Of a stretch of DNA of 56,070 nucleotides, positions 35,160-48,194 are shown one piece after another. Below the pieces are notes generated by a model that was given only the letters and a program-made list of their open reading frames with translations, made no database searches and had not been told where the DNA came from. The translations under genes and the position numbers were made by a program. Every line of letters begins with the position of its first letter. The stretch's first letter is position 1. The stretch is from Asterionella formosa (lineage: Eukaryota), in contig NKIB01006909.1 of NCBI GenBank assembly GCA_002256025.1, forward strand, positions 62,001 to 118,070, written 5' to 3'.

Positions 35160-38100
35160 TTAGTCCAACGTTTGCTGGGTCGGTCCGCCAACAAGGCCAT
35201 TGCGGACAGGTGGTTTCATCTTGAAAATCTTTAATAAGGCATCCGGTTTCAAGGCAGAAAGATCTTGAGGGGTAATAAAAATGAACTGTCGGTGTTTCAT
35301 TTCCTTTGCCACTTCCACAAGGGAATTCAACGCAATCTTTCGAGCAACTGGATCGAGAAAGACATCGAATTCATCCATCACTCGGAAAGGAGTTTCCAGC
35401 CGCTCCCCGAGCGCAAGAAGAAGTGCAAGAGTGGTGAAGCTTCTTTCTCCTCCACTCAAGGCCTTGACATCCTTTGTCTGACTGGTGGGGTCCTCATTAT
35501 CTTTTTGAACCACTAGATTCAAAGTACCTTGTTCTTCTCCATCCTTTGTAGGATGTGAAAACTCGAGTTCACCGGAACTTCCCTTCTTTTGAAGGAATTC
35601 GTCAAATGATTCGTTTGTCATTCTAACGATGTGCTTACGGAATTGTTTCCAGCGCCTCTTGCGACTCTTCATGTCATCTTGCAGTAACGCAATGTTGACG
35701 TTGATTGCTTCAATCTGTTTCAATTTTCCATCCAAGGACTTACTAGCCCGAGTGTATTTGTCCAAAGCAGCTTCGGCAGTAGTTTCTGTCATTTGCTGTC
35801 GTTCTTTCTCCTGAGCAATCTTCGTCTTTTGTCGCTCAATCTTCCTTGCATAACTGTCCACTGAATTCGGCACGGTTTTGATTTCAACAGCCTCAAGTTC
35901 CATTTCTGTTGGAGCAATATATTCAGGAGTTGATGCTTGAGAATCCTGCGAAGCCTGCTTCTGTCTGCGAGCAAATTCACGGCTGAGATGCATTGTGCGA
36001 GCTCGATTCAAAGCAATGTCACGAGTTGCTTTCTTTTTCGCGACAGCGGTCATCTGGTCCTGAATAGCCTGATTCATCAGTGCGATTTTCGCTCTCCTCT
36101 TCTCCAAATGAGCGCTGCGTTGGGACAAGGAGGCCAAATATTGGGCAAGGTCGTCTTCGACTTGTTGCAAATCAGCAAGGACTTTGTTATTGCGAGTCGT
36201 TACCTCAAGCAATCGCTTCTTCACGTCTTCAACAGATGGAACTAACTCGTCAACCTCCTGCTGAAGTGCACATTTATTCTGCACTAATCTATCTAAAGTA
36301 AGCTCGGCAGCCGCTACGTCCTCCTCAAACTCGGAAGTGTCCTGAGCAAAATTGGCAGCATTCTCTTCCTCGGCCTTGAGAATTTCGCGGCGTTCTTCGA
36401 GTGCTTCAATTTCATCAAGGCAACCCCTGCGCTCTCGCTTGACTTCGTTCCACTTCTTCCTGTAGTCTGTGTGTTCTTTTTCCAGGCGCAACTGGGTTGC
36501 CTTCAGTTCCTTGATTTCATCTTGAAGAACAATCATTTCCTCCTTTGCACTTGTAACTGCTGCTGTCTTGTCGACGCCAATGGAACGCTTCAGTCGCCTT
36601 TCGTTCGAAACAATTCCAAGAGAACCGTTATTGACTTTCCAACTGTCGCCATCGGGCAGAGTGAAAACTTCCGTAATAACACCACCTCGAATCACTAGAC
36701 GACCATTTTGTTCAATCAATAGAGCAGTTTCACTAGCTTCTTTTGATGTTCCCAAGGCACGTTGGTCAATGCGAGAATTGTCCACCAAGCAGTTGTATAC
36801 CAAATCATCAGCGACTTGCAACACTGTATCGACCGTCTCTGTGCCTTCTGGAGGTGGATGAATGTTGAACCGCGGGCCATTGTGCATCTGAAAGATATTG
36901 CACTCTTGAGGTCCGCATGCAACTTGCTGACGTACCTGCTGCAACAGCCGACGATCATCATCGTTGGTGACAATGAATCGATCCAAGACACCTGTCCCAA
37001 TTGCCAACTCAGCGATCTCCGCCAAATGTTCCTTTCCCGCCACAATTTTGATGGACGCGCCAATCGGTCCTACAACAGGTCCTTTCCACTTGTCACGCAA
37101 TGCAGCCACTCGCTGATACACCATTGTGCACTTGGGTCCAAATTGAGCGAGTTGGTTGCTTCCTGACTTGTTTAGCTCCTCCACTTTCGAGAAAACTGAA
37201 AGGTACTGAGAATGTCTAGAGGATGTGTTGCTCTTGGCCTGTTCGACATGGGGTTCCAACTCTTCATACTTACGCAAAAACGTAGACGTGTCTTGTCGAC
37301 ACCTGAGCTCTTGTTCACGTAAGACATGTAAGCGAGCATCTGTTGTCGATAGTTCGGCTTGACGCTTAGCAGCATCCGAAGCTTCTGACTGCATTTGAAT
37401 CCTAGCACGCTCTTGTTCCAATCGGGCTTGTGCGGCTTCAACATCGTCTTTTGCGGTCTTGATGTGACGCTCCATCGAGTGCAGTTCTGTAGTCTTGGAC
37501 CTAATAGGGGCTTCGGCGTGTTTCAATTCCAATTCGAGAGCACGTTTTTGTTCGGCAGCACCAGAGGCTTCTACCGAAAGATCGTTCATTGTGGCGTTGA
37601 GGCGAGCTTGCGTGTCATCCACATCGTCTTGGGTTTCGAGTTGTGTGAGTTCTGCTTCTCGTTTCGCCATTTTGGTCAAGGCATGGGCGAGGATCTAATG
37701 CATCAATTTTGCACATGGAGTGTTAAGCCATGAAATGATTTATGTTTTAAAATTTTCAAGAAAGGAAACAAACTCACCTGTTCTTGATCGACGACGTCCA
37801 TGTCAAAATCGCGAAACGTTGCCCAGCAAAGGTCCAATGTAGTCTCCGCCACAACATCTTCCATCTTGTCCAAAGCTTCAAATTGCTCCCACTCCTTTCT
37901 AAGCTTCTTAACCATGGCAATGGCAGAATGCATCGTTTGTTCGACAGATTCCTTTCTTGTCTTGAGGTCGTTGATGTTGTCGACGGTATTGGCATACGAA
38001 CGGTCAATGCGTTCAAGTTCAGTGGCCTTTGTGAAAAACGCATACTTGTCTTCCGGTTTGCCCGTCAAGAATTTCTTTGCTGCCTCGTAGCAAATTAATT

Positions 38101-38830
38101 AAGCTGTAAGTTATCGATTCATCGCTATCCAGCGAAATGCAATTCAGTAACAGTACAAAGGATCTGTTCACGTACCTTCTTCCTGGTCCAACACCGCAAC
38201 TGGATTCTCAACTTGAATATTGAGCTGATCGAGCATCGCATCCAAGTCTTTCTTGAGTCTAGATCTTTCCTTTCCTTCATGATCCAACAAACGGTAGCCA
38301 TTGTAACCTCCATTTTTGCTGATGCTCCGCTCCACAGTAATGGAATCTCCATATACATCGGTCTGGAAGCCATCTGGTCCCCTATTCAACAGAGTCACTC
38401 TGACCTTGGCATTGCCTCCTTCCCCGCTCTCCTTTCGCACCAGCTCTTTCAAATTTCGAGCTCTATGGGTGCGTCGTGCTCCGGCCCCCAAACAAATTTG
38501 GATAGCTGCAAGGATGGCTGACTTTCCGGACCCATTTTGTCCATGAATGAAATTGACGTTGCGGCACAACTCAACTGTGAGCTTGCGATGACACATAAAG
38601 TTCTCCACTTGCACTCTGGTAATGATTCCAGCTTCTGGTGGTTTCCCCGCAGTATTGATGGGACGGAGGGGTGATGAGAGAGGCGGCTGCACCCGCTGAT
38701 CCTCGTCATCAGAATTATCGAGGCGTCGGCGCTGCGGTGGTGATGGCGATGGAAGCACTGAAGACGAAGCATCATGGTTGTACTCGTCATCGTCTTCACG
38801 GATGGTTCTTTTTCCAGAGGTACTTCTCAT
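35160..38830 (-). CDS. SMC6: Structural maintenance of chromosomes protein 6, 3 exons (about 1163 aa)
   Basis: Exons 38830-38176, 38079-37778 and 37694-35160 (3492 nt, in frame). ENFMCH, Walker A GQNGSGKS, LDQEEAKKFL, coiled coils, hinge GPIG, signature LSGGERSF, Walker B MDEFDVFLD, and QFIFITPQ. Confidence 0.95.
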
Positions 38831-39300
38831 AGTGCGGTCCTTGTGTATGCGGTCTTGAAGGAGACAAAGATTGACAATGGCGACGATGCGTGCTCCCGCA
38901 AACTCTCAGGCAACGTCTCTACACTGATTTCTGAGAAATCTATTTTTGCAAATGATCATTATTTTTGGCGCGAACTACGTACGAAGCCAGACCAATCACG
39001 TCCCTCACGCACCAGCATGAGCCATCCCTACTACCAGCAAAAAAATACCTGGTATGATGGTATTCTTGTTACCAGGTTCAGTAAACAGTATCATACCGGT
39101 AGACAATGATACGAAGTATCCACCGTGGTGCTCAAGATTAGGCATTGAGGAGAGCACGACTAATCGACCACAGCGACATCCATCCATAGCGCTCGCCTAA
39201 AGTTATCAAGCACAAATCAATATATGTGTAGGTCTAAAGCAATTTATTAATCTAGATGGTAGCCATCATTATATTCTCGTATGCAAATTTCGTAGACTGA

Positions 39301-40676
39301 TTAAGCCTCCTTATCAATCTTCGCTCGCAAAGCAGCATAAGTCTTGAGACGAACACTGTTAATACGGATGAATCCTTGAGCATCCGCAGGGTTGTAGTCA
39401 AAGACGTCACCACCTCCTTCAATCTCCATGGATGCCAAGTCAGCATTGTACAAAGCCTTGGCTGACTTGCGCCCACTGATGGTGCAGTTACCCTTGTACA
39501 GTTCCATCTGTACGACACCTTCAACATCGCGTTGAGAAAAATCGATCGAGTGACGGATCAACTCCATTTCAGGAGCAAACCAGAATCCATTGTAGCACAA
39601 GCGAGCGAATTCTGCCGACAGACCTTCAGTAATGCGCTTGACTTCACGATCCATGCAAATGCCCTCCAAATCCAAATGTGCAGCACGCAACAAGGTTCCT
39701 CCTGGTGTTTCGTAAACACCGCGAGACTTGATGCCCACGAAGCGGTTCTCGACAATGTCGATGCGGCCAATACCGTGTTTGCCGGCCATGTGGTTGCAAT
39801 AGAGAAAGAGATCCAATGGATTGGTTTTGACTGTTCCGTCGCTCATGTTGGTGACCTTGGTGGGAATACCCTGTGAGAATTCAATCTGAAGGATTTCGGA
39901 TTGCTCAGGAGCATCCTTGGGGGAGACAGTCATTTTGAACATGGAGTCGTCGGGGCCGCACATGGCGTCTTCGAGCATACCAGATTCGTCTGCAATAGAA
40001 AGGAAACTGATTGTGTGAGCTAAATGGATCTGCATAGATGTCGAGCATATTCAGAGCTTCCAGTATGCATCTCCATGCCACGTGCACGGGCTAACTTACA
40101 AGACGTGTGATACAAGTTCTCATCGACACTGTAATTGGCCTTTGGCTTAGCATCGACGGGAATGCCATGCTTCGTGCAGTAAGCCAACAAGTCTGAACGT
40201 CCTTTGAATGACTCGATGAACTCAGCATCACGCCAAGGAGCGACTGTCGAGATAGTAGGACAGAGCGCCTGAGCGCACATTTCAAAGCGAACTTGATCGT
40301 TTCCCTTTCCGGTAGCACCGTGGGCCACGTACTTAGCGCCTTCTTCAATGGCAATTCTGATCATTTCCTTGGCGATGCAAGGACGGGCAATTGAGGTTCC
40401 GAGCAAGTATCGAGATTCGTAAATTGCATTACATTTGATGGCTTCGAAGACGTAATTCTCAACAAAGTCAGCACGAAGGTCAGTGACGATGCACTTGAGG
40501 GCGCCGCAATTGACAGCCTTTGCTTGGATCTTGCTGAAGTCTTCCTCGAACTGACCGACGTTGGCGCAGAAGGCAATCACGTCAAACCCCTTCTCGATGA
40601 GCCATTTCAGAATGACTGACGTATCGAGGCCTCCAGAGTAGGCGAGGATGCACAGTGGTTTCTTATCGTCAGACAT
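39301..40676 (-). CDS. ASS1: Argininosuccinate synthase, 2 exons (421 aa)
   Basis: Exons 40676-40100 and 39989-39301; the splice restores HTSYESGMLED. Motifs [24 protein letters not shown] and [17 protein letters not shown]. Confidence 0.97.
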
Positions 40677-41329
40677 TGTTGTTGAGTATTGTAGTATACC
40701 GGTAGGAGAAGGTGCGATTGAATTTTATGAGCCGGATGGGTATATGTGGGTTCGAAAGTTGTGATCTTTCTCGTCGAGCACCTGTATAAAATGCAGGAAA
40801 GATTTCTTCCATTTTATTGGCTACAACAAGAATTAATATTCTCGCTATATTTAAGACTCGACATTCCTAAATGGAGAGCCATTCTTGTGAGGAATTAGAA
40901 TGTTATCTGACCTCGTATTCGATTTTAGATGGTCACAAGGTCGAGAACCACGAAAATGCACAACGCGGAGGACCAGCGAACTGGCACTTTGTTCCGATCA
41001 TGATGTATCTGCACGAGTGACCGTCGACTGGAGGTCACTACCACATGTACATACCGCTATATGTACGTATTTGTTATCTGTGTGCGTGTAATAAACGTTG
41101 CATACGTTTACATCAAATCATATCGAGTTCCTGGTGCCAGGTGTACCATTAATATACTCTACCGGAATATCCTGAAAATACATTCCGTTGAGGACAACGA
41201 ATCTTGACTCCTCGTCACCCGCAGTTTCATTTCTTGTTGCAGGTTTTTTCATTCTCAGCATCATCCGAAGAATTTTGCTATAAAGAATTTCATGATTTGC
41301 AACTCGGCTATAGAAATGTCCACTAGAAT

Positions 41330-41393
41330 TACTGAGCTACTGAGCTACTGAGCTACTGAGCTACTGAGCTACTGAGCTACTGAGCTACTGAGC
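41330..41393. repeat. Perfect octamer tandem repeat (TACTGAGC)8
   Basis: Eight consecutive exact copies. Confidence 0.95.
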
Positions 41394-41834
41394 CAATGCC
41401 AGAGAGCATGGTGTTTATTAGCAACTAATTTCGATACGTCCTAATCGTTGTACTATAGCTTGATCAACACATGAGAACAAAAGAAATGCCTCAGTAATAT
41501 GCTTCCATGATGTATATACTTTGCCAACATGGAAAACTCGAGAAGATAAGGTTGTTCTGGTCTCAATTGATTATGTCAAGATAGTATGCCACCCTCATCC
41601 ACCGGTTATCTAAAACCACCAAGGCCATTTATTAGAGCAGAAATTCCAATTTTTAAACCTAGCCTAAAGATGTACTCCGATGTCAAATACCGGTATAATA
41701 CGAGTCGCAACAGTTCAAAAACGTTTCCGCTTCCTTCCTATGTGCACGACTGTTGGCCTCTAGACAGTTGCCAACTAATGTGCAAGTCAAACAGTACAAC
41801 AAGTTGGAATATAACCCAACTAGTTGCCCACATT

Positions 41835-42581
41835 TTACTCATCATCATCTATACTAGCTGCTAGACGTTGTTGTTTGAATCGTCTCTTTTGCAACAATTC
41901 CAATGCCGGAGATGATCGTTTTTGGATCTTGGCAGATGTCTTATTATGAGTAATTTCATCATTCGTTGTGTTTCGTGTTTGTGTCCGTTGTTTTAGTTGT
42001 CGTAGTTTGTAAATCTTTGCTTCATATTTGGCTTGCTCCAACTCATGTTCAATAACGCTGTCGAGCTCTTCGCTATCACTTAGTTCTGTGGAATATGTAG
42101 TAATCGATTTTTCTTTGGTTCCTACAACAAGGGCATCATTTGCGTTTGATGCACGAAGGACTGTTGTCTCAAATTCTTTCCAAGCATCATTTTGCAGTTC
42201 CTCTTGTTGTTGTATTTTAGCAGCCATATCGGCATTGAAGACTGGCTGTGTTGGTAATTGTTCTTGTTGTTCTTGCGATTGCAAGGATGGTGATTGTGGC
42301 AGGTCGGAATGGATGAGTCTTTTGTTGCGAGCAGCAGCTGCTAATGGTTGGTCCAACGATGGTAATCCTTCCTCACTACTATCACTTCCATAATCCACCA
42401 AAGCCGATATTATTCTTGGTTTCTGTTTGGATTGCTTCAAAATACTCTTTGGAGGTGGAAGCATGGTGGTGGAAGAAACAACAGGAGGCTGTTGCTTTCG
42501 TTCCTTTTGAAGTTTCATAAGTCTTCTCAGCTCTGATTGCTTGCTACTACTCGACGTAATTGTTGCGTCCGTCGATACCAT
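41835..42581 (-). CDS. Hypothetical low-complexity nuclear coiled-coil protein (248 aa), loosely like the ZNF830/CCDC16 C-terminus
   Basis: Intact ORF with ALVDYGSDSSEE, AWKEFE and EQAKYEAKIYKLR. The family resemblance is weak. Confidence 0.65.
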   Translation of the reverse strand: MVSTDATITSSSSKQSELRRLMKLQKERKQQPPVVSSTTMLPPPKSILKQSKQKPRIISALVDYGSDSSEEGLPSLDQPLAAAARNKRLIHSDLPQSPSLQSQEQQEQLPTQPVFNADMAAKIQQQEELQNDAWKEFETTVLRASNANDALVVGTKEKSITTYSTELSDSEELDSVIEHELEQAKYEAKIYKLRQLKQRTQTRNTTNDEITHNKTSAKIQKRSSPALELLQKRRFKQQRLAASIDDDE

Positions 42582-44230
42582 GGTGATGCTGACGAGAAGG
42601 AAGTGGTAGGCAACTGCAAGCTTCTATTTCCTTGGATGAATGATGGCGGCGTTGTAACTGTGGAATGTGTACCGGTACCCGGTTTTTACCAGTGTACCGG
42701 TACCGTGGTTGACCGGCATGACTCAAATGTACGTTCCAGGCACCGCTATATTCATATAAATACCGGTAGCATTGTTCATACATAGCTGCAAAATGGTTCT
42801 TATGACAGACTCATGGTCAAAATAGTACCAGGGGTACAGCAAAACTGTATACCGGTAAATTGTGGCAAATTGCTAGATAATTAATATTCATGTATAATAT
42901 AGTATTATATTAGAAATGAAGGACACACTGCTTCTAATTTCCCGTTGTTCAACATGCCCATTTTGGGCTTTGCTTGAGCCTCTGCTCTCAGGTCATCTCT
43001 CTCACCCCCTTCTCACCCCACCTCACCACTCTACCAGCTTGCTCTCACTGACATGACACATGTCGATTCACTGAACATGTCACTCTCCAAGCTATGCACA
43101 GAAAAAGCCAACAACTGGACTGCATAACCCAGTGTGGGCACTGATTTCAAGTGGCATGTGCCCATACCAACCTCAGCTAGTAGGAGTACTACTGTGTCCC
43201 TCCCTCTCCAGCACCCTCTCTGCCCACCACCTACCTTGTTCATCACGATCAGTTCAGGGCTTCCACAGCAAAGTGAAGAAGCGATCCTCCCATGCAGATG
43301 GTACAGATTTCTCCCACTCGTTCTCTTCAAAGAAGAACACCTCTAATCTACTGTCAGCCATATGAATCCATCAAAACCCATCAAATTCACTCTGCCTCCC
43401 TGAACCAAAAATCTCTGTTCCTCCTCCTGTCAGCTCCTTCCTCTCCAACTGCTCCTTCTTTTGCCCCCCTATGACACAAATTATTTTCATTTGCAGCCTC
43501 GTCCAAAAAGGCAGGCAGACTGCCATGGCCAACAATCAATACATTTGCATTATACTACTAGCTCACATAGTACCACACCAAAACCAATCAAGAAATCTCA
43601 ACTAGTGTGGGGCCAAAAAGGAAATCTTTGATACAATCAACACTCACAATCTAATTCTCAGGCTGACATGAGAAGTGCAGACATTGAGAATCGAACCAGG
43701 AACAACCCTACTATCATAAATTTTTTACTACTAGCCAGTACTTCCACATCAGGAAGTGACTACTGCCCCAAAATTCCGCTGCCCCACCATTTTGTCGCCA
43801 TTTATGGCCCATGGAGCACAAACAATGCAACTCTAGAAATAGAATGGTAAGAATGTTCTATAAAAATGGCTGCCAGTAATTTTTTTAGTAGTGAAGGATG
43901 TACCGGTATACAATAAACTGCATGAAAACCAGTAGACTACGTATTTTAGGGTTAAGGTTAGAATTAGTATTCGCCATCGTGGTGCATACCGGTATATTAT
44001 TACCGGTAGTTCGTAATCTACGTATGTATAACTAGACTCCAGAAAAAGTAGTACCTGGTATCATACAACCGGTATTCCAGATACACCAGTGGTATGATTA
44101 TGGCAACCGTGACAGACGGTTAGAATTGAATTCAATTGTTGGCTGTTTCTCTCCCGCACTCACAGCAGCTTCCAATCATCCTCGTCTCGTTCTATTCCAA
44201 CAGGAATAACAGCAGACAGTAGTATATAAC

Positions 44231-45922
44231 ATGGTATTGGCTGAACTCGGAGGGAAACTGCGCGAATCTCTTCGCAAGCTTCGCGAAGGAAAAGTAGATG
44301 AAACACATTTGAATGTGTTGCTGGCTGATATTTCTCGTGCGTTGATCGAGTCTGATGTCAACGTCAAACTCGTGATGCAAGTACGAGACCGCATCAAGCA
44401 GAAGGTCTTGGAGGTTATCCATGAATCTCCGAAAACGATAGTCACCTTGGTCCAACAAACGGTTGTCGCAGAATTGACCGCATTGCTCAGTCCTTCGCCT
44501 ACCAATCAGAAAGCCTTCACGGTCCGTCGAGGAAAACCCAACATTATATTGTTCGTTGGATTGCAAGGTGCCGGAAAGACTACTACTATTGCCAAGGTAG
44601 CATCATATTATCAAAAACGAAACTATAAGACTGCCATGGTCTGTGCGGATACCTTTCGTGCCGGGGCATTTGATCAATTGAAACAAAATGCTACTAAATT
44701 ACGAATTCCTTTTTATGGGTCATACACGGAAGCAGACCCGGTGGAAATCGCAACGTTGGGAGTAGCACAGTTCAAACCTCAGTATGAAGTTATTTTGGTG
44801 GACACGTCTGGACGTCATAAACAAGAAGCGTCGTTGTTGGACGAAATGCAAGAAATATCTCAAGCCATTCATCCAAATATGACTGTGTTTGTCATGGATG
44901 CCACTCAAGGACAAGCTGTGTACGATCAAGCCAAAGCATTTGCTGCAGCTGTAGATGTCGGAAGTGTCATCGTCACGAAACTCGATGGACATGCCAAAGG
45001 TGGTGGGGCCCTGTCGGCTGTGGCAGCAACAGACAGTCCCATTTTGTTCTTAGGATCTGGGGAACATTTTGATGATTTGGAAACGTTCCATGCATCATCT
45101 TTTGTCAATAAATTGCTTGGATATGGAGATATGCGTGGCTTCATGGAAGAAATGAAATCCATGAATGAAACTGGTGGACAAGAAAAAATGATAGAGAAGC
45201 TGGTAAAGGGAGAACAGTTTACGCTTCGAGACATGTATGCGCAATTCAATAAAGTTCTTGGTATAGGCCCAATGTCCAAAGTTATGGGAATGATGCCCGG
45301 AATGCCGGACTATTTGACCCCCAAGAGTGGAGATAATGACCAAGCCACCAAACAATTACGAAAATTCATGATCATGATGGACAGTATGACAAATGCGGAA
45401 TTGGATGGAGTTTTTGACTTTGCATCCAAGAAGACATCTGCTGCCGAATTGGAATCACGCATTCATCGAATTGCCCGTGGATCTGGATCTCATCCGAAGG
45501 AAGTACAGCTATTGCTTCAAACACATGGTCAGTTGGGAGGAGTGATGTCGAAAATGGGCAAGAGTTTTGGCAAGGATGGTCAAAAGAAACAAGCCATGTT
45601 GGCGCAACAAATGAAAAAGAATCCCAATGCTGTAATGCAGCGTTTAAATCAAATGGATCCACGAATGTTGCAACAAATGGGTGGGAAGGATGCTGTCATG
45701 GCTATGCTAAAGGGTGGTGGTGGTGGAGCCGACGCGCAACAGGCGGCCATGGAAGCAATGATGGGTGGGGCTGGTGGTGGTATGACTCCTGGTAGCATGC
45801 CGGCGGGATTTCCACCAATGCCTCCTGGTATGGATATGGAGAAAATGATGGCAATGGCGCAACAGATGGGTTTGGGAGGTATGATGGGAGGGATGCCTCC
45901 AAACATGGGTGGACGTAGATAA
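44231..45922 (+). CDS. SRP54: Signal recognition particle 54 kDa subunit, cytosolic (563 aa)
   Basis: MVLAELG start, GLQGAGKTT, DTFRAGAFDQL, DTSGRH, TKLDGHAKGGGALS, RIARGSG and a Met-rich M domain. Confidence 0.97.
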   Translation: MVLAELGGKLRESLRKLREGKVDETHLNVLLADISRALIESDVNVKLVMQVRDRIKQKVLEVIHESPKTIVTLVQQTVVAELTALLSPSPTNQKAFTVRRGKPNIILFVGLQGAGKTTTIAKVASYYQKRNYKTAMVCADTFRAGAFDQLKQNATKLRIPFYGSYTEADPVEIATLGVAQFKPQYEVILVDTSGRHKQEASLLDEMQEISQAIHPNMTVFVMDATQGQAVYDQAKAFAAAVDVGSVIVTKLDGHAKGGGALSAVAATDSPILFLGSGEHFDDLETFHASSFVNKLLGYGDMRGFMEEMKSMNETGGQEKMIEKLVKGEQFTLRDMYAQFNKVLGIGPMSKVMGMMPGMPDYLTPKSGDNDQATKQLRKFMIMMDSMTNAELDGVFDFASKKTSAAELESRIHRIARGSGSHPKEVQLLLQTHGQLGGVMSKMGKSFGKDGQKKQAMLAQQMKKNPNAVMQRLNQMDPRMLQQMGGKDAVMAMLKGGGGGADAQQAAMEAMMGGAGGGMTPGSMPAGFPPMPPGMDMEKMMAMAQQMGLGGMMGGMPPNMGGRR

Positions 45923-46436
45923 TAACGGGAAATGCCAAGAAACCCTGAGACTACATTTATCTCGACTATATCTAATGGATAAATAAAACCGAAGAAAGCT
46001 GGAAATGATATATAATTTATAATCCGACCACGCAAGCAACAGTGCACCGTATACATCCTATCATTTCGACGCTGGTATGTTTGATTCAAGAAAAAGTAGG
46101 CAGTATGAAAATCAACAATACTATTATTGAGAGTAGCAACGCCTATATTTATATTCACAACATCTAAAACTCTGAACCTTTATCTTCGCCACTGCTGGTT
46201 GGACATGAATCAACAAGTTGTTTGTTTCTAAAGTCTAAAAAAGAGGGCCACATTGCAGTGGTTCAGCAAAAACGTTTTCGACAGCATTTCAGGTGAAAGA
46301 CCTAGTCAATGATGATGTGCAGGAAACGCTCTGACTTTCCCATACACCATCCAAGAATGGAGTGTTGTGACTCGGCAGCACAAACTTAAAGTGCGTAATG
46401 TAGATGCTCACTCGTTCAATCACTAATAGTGTTACT

Positions 46437-47138
46437 TCACTCGTCCACATCCCATCCCGCTCCAAACAACACTTCCATGTAATGATATCTGGTATCCGAC
46501 AAGGTGCCTTTTGCCCGAGCTACTCGTTGCGCCCTTTTCCATGCTACCGTCTCAGGCTGTATCAAAATCGTAGGATCCTCCTTGGTTTGCTCCAATAGAG
46601 TACGATATTGTGTCATGAATGCACTACCACATTGTCGTGCCGAAATCCAGGAAAACCCCACATCCGTCAATCGCTTGGCATGCTCCTGTGCCACGTTGGT
46701 CGGCCCCAAGCGGCGCAATCCAGTCACCCAGGCTCCCAATTCCGGATCAGGAGCGAATTTCTTCGGAACCTGGTAGTTGGTTTGATAGACAGCTTCATAC
46801 TGCAACAACCGTTGAAATAAATCTTCAAAATCAGCATAGTCATAGACATCTTCTAAACTGTGAAACCGAAACTGAAGCGATTGCAACAGCTCAATGTCGG
46901 CTTGAGGCAACTTGCCTTGGATGGCCAGTCGTCGCAATACATCACAGTCGCGACCTTCGGAAGTTCCCAAGGGAATGTTGGGATGCCCATACGTCTGATT
47001 GTGCTCCAGCAACGCAGAATAGACGCGTTGCAGCACGGGGGAGGAAATGCCGGAGGGAGGAAGAAAGGAGGGTAAACTCGGCTGATGTACAAACGCACTT
47101 GACGACAATAGCAGCATCGGCGGCAGGAACCATCTCAT
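46437..47138 (-). CDS. Plastid-targeted helicase-associated (HA) domain protein (233 aa)
   Basis: ATG at 47138: MRWFLPPMLLLSSSA-FVHQPS (signal peptide plus plastid motif). HA-like repeats YGHPNIP...IELLQSLQFRF and NYQVPKKFAPDPELGAWVTGLRR...LTDVGFSW. Confidence 0.75.
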   Translation of the reverse strand: MRWFLPPMLLLSSSAFVHQPSLPSFLPPSGISSPVLQRVYSALLEHNQTYGHPNIPLGTSEGRDCDVLRRLAIQGKLPQADIELLQSLQFRFHSLEDVYDYADFEDLFQRLLQYEAVYQTNYQVPKKFAPDPELGAWVTGLRRLGPTNVAQEHAKRLTDVGFSWISARQCGSAFMTQYRTLLEQTKEDPTILIQPETVAWKRAQRVARAKGTLSDTRYHYMEVLFGAGWDVDE

Positions 47139-47271
47139 CGTAGCTGGTGACTGAGTGACAGGGATGACTGAAATTGGAAGATATATACCGGTAGTAGGTC
47201 TATAGACGAGTGTCACTTGTTCACTTCTATCATGGACTAAAATAAATACACACCATATAAGTCCAAAATTT

Positions 47272-48194
47272 TGTTCTTTCCGGCTACGCTAATTTCAGTC
47301 TAATAGACTGGATTCAGTCTGGGTTTTCAATCCCTTGCTTGCCCATAGCTCGATTCAATGGATATTTCATTTCTGAAAAGTTTATATAAATCTACAGAAC
47401 TGTTGGTTTCTAAACATATGCATGACAGCAAGCTTATAGATCTAAAAATTCAGACACTTGACATGAGATGTCTGCCTGCTAAAAAAGCCTCAAAAATATT
47501 TGTGTGGGATGGTGCGAAAACGAAAATTGACAATGGGCAAAGGTGACATCATTGTTTCATGTCTTCCCAAGTACATTCATCCATCACTGCGGGTCCGAAA
47601 TCATCATGTGAACATCACAAAAGGTCCTCATCAACTTGAAAGAATCACAGTTCTGCAGAGGGAGCTCAAGAAAATCAGAGGTGGTAAAGACAACATCATG
47701 GCCATTGTGGTCACAGCTCCCAGGACTGTGGAAAGAAGCTAACACTGCTGATAGGATTGAGTTGTATGCCCTTGAAAGTCACTTCTAGATCATTTCTGAT
47801 GGTGATCCAGACACATGGCACTATGATCAAGGCGATTATCTGAGAAGGAGGTGTAGTGATACCTTCAGAGCTTCTCAAACTTGTCAAGCTAATTGGCGCA
47901 GTTCATGACTCTGATGATGTTGCCATTCCAGCTGGATTTGTTGATACATATACAGTGGTTTTCTGCAGTCACTAAAAATTTCGACGTGCTGTAGAACATC
48001 CATGATGCAAAGCGGCCTAATCAGTTTGGAAATGATATGGGTGTTATGATTGACACATGACTGAATAGCCCTTTTAATCAAGAGAAATAGTACTAGCCAA
48101 CGATGTATCTAAAGTTAAAGGAAAGTAACAATAAGGTTTTCAAATTGAGCCAAAAAAGAGAGACTGAAATCAGCCTAATGAGCCAGAAAGAACC
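47272..48194 (+). mobile_element. Non-autonomous TIR DNA transposon relic, copy 2
   Basis: Ends GTTCTTTCCGGCT and AGCCAGAAAGAAC. Colinear with 22685-23905 but with different internal deletions. Coding remnant MGKGDIIVSCLPKYIHPSLRVRNHH...RELKKIRGG. Confidence 0.8.

Noticed and set aside
35265..38546. Many plus-strand ORFs antisense to SMC6 (similarly within SRP54, tepsin and ASS1)
   Set aside because: Shadow ORFs expected from codon bias of the real genes; no independent motifs.
42950..43850. C-rich region with short ORFs, possible retroelement relic
   Set aside because: No RT, RNase H, integrase or recombinase motif could be read.
45560..45922. Met/Gly-rich tail of SRP54
   Set aside because: Ordinary feature of the SRP54 M-domain C-terminus.
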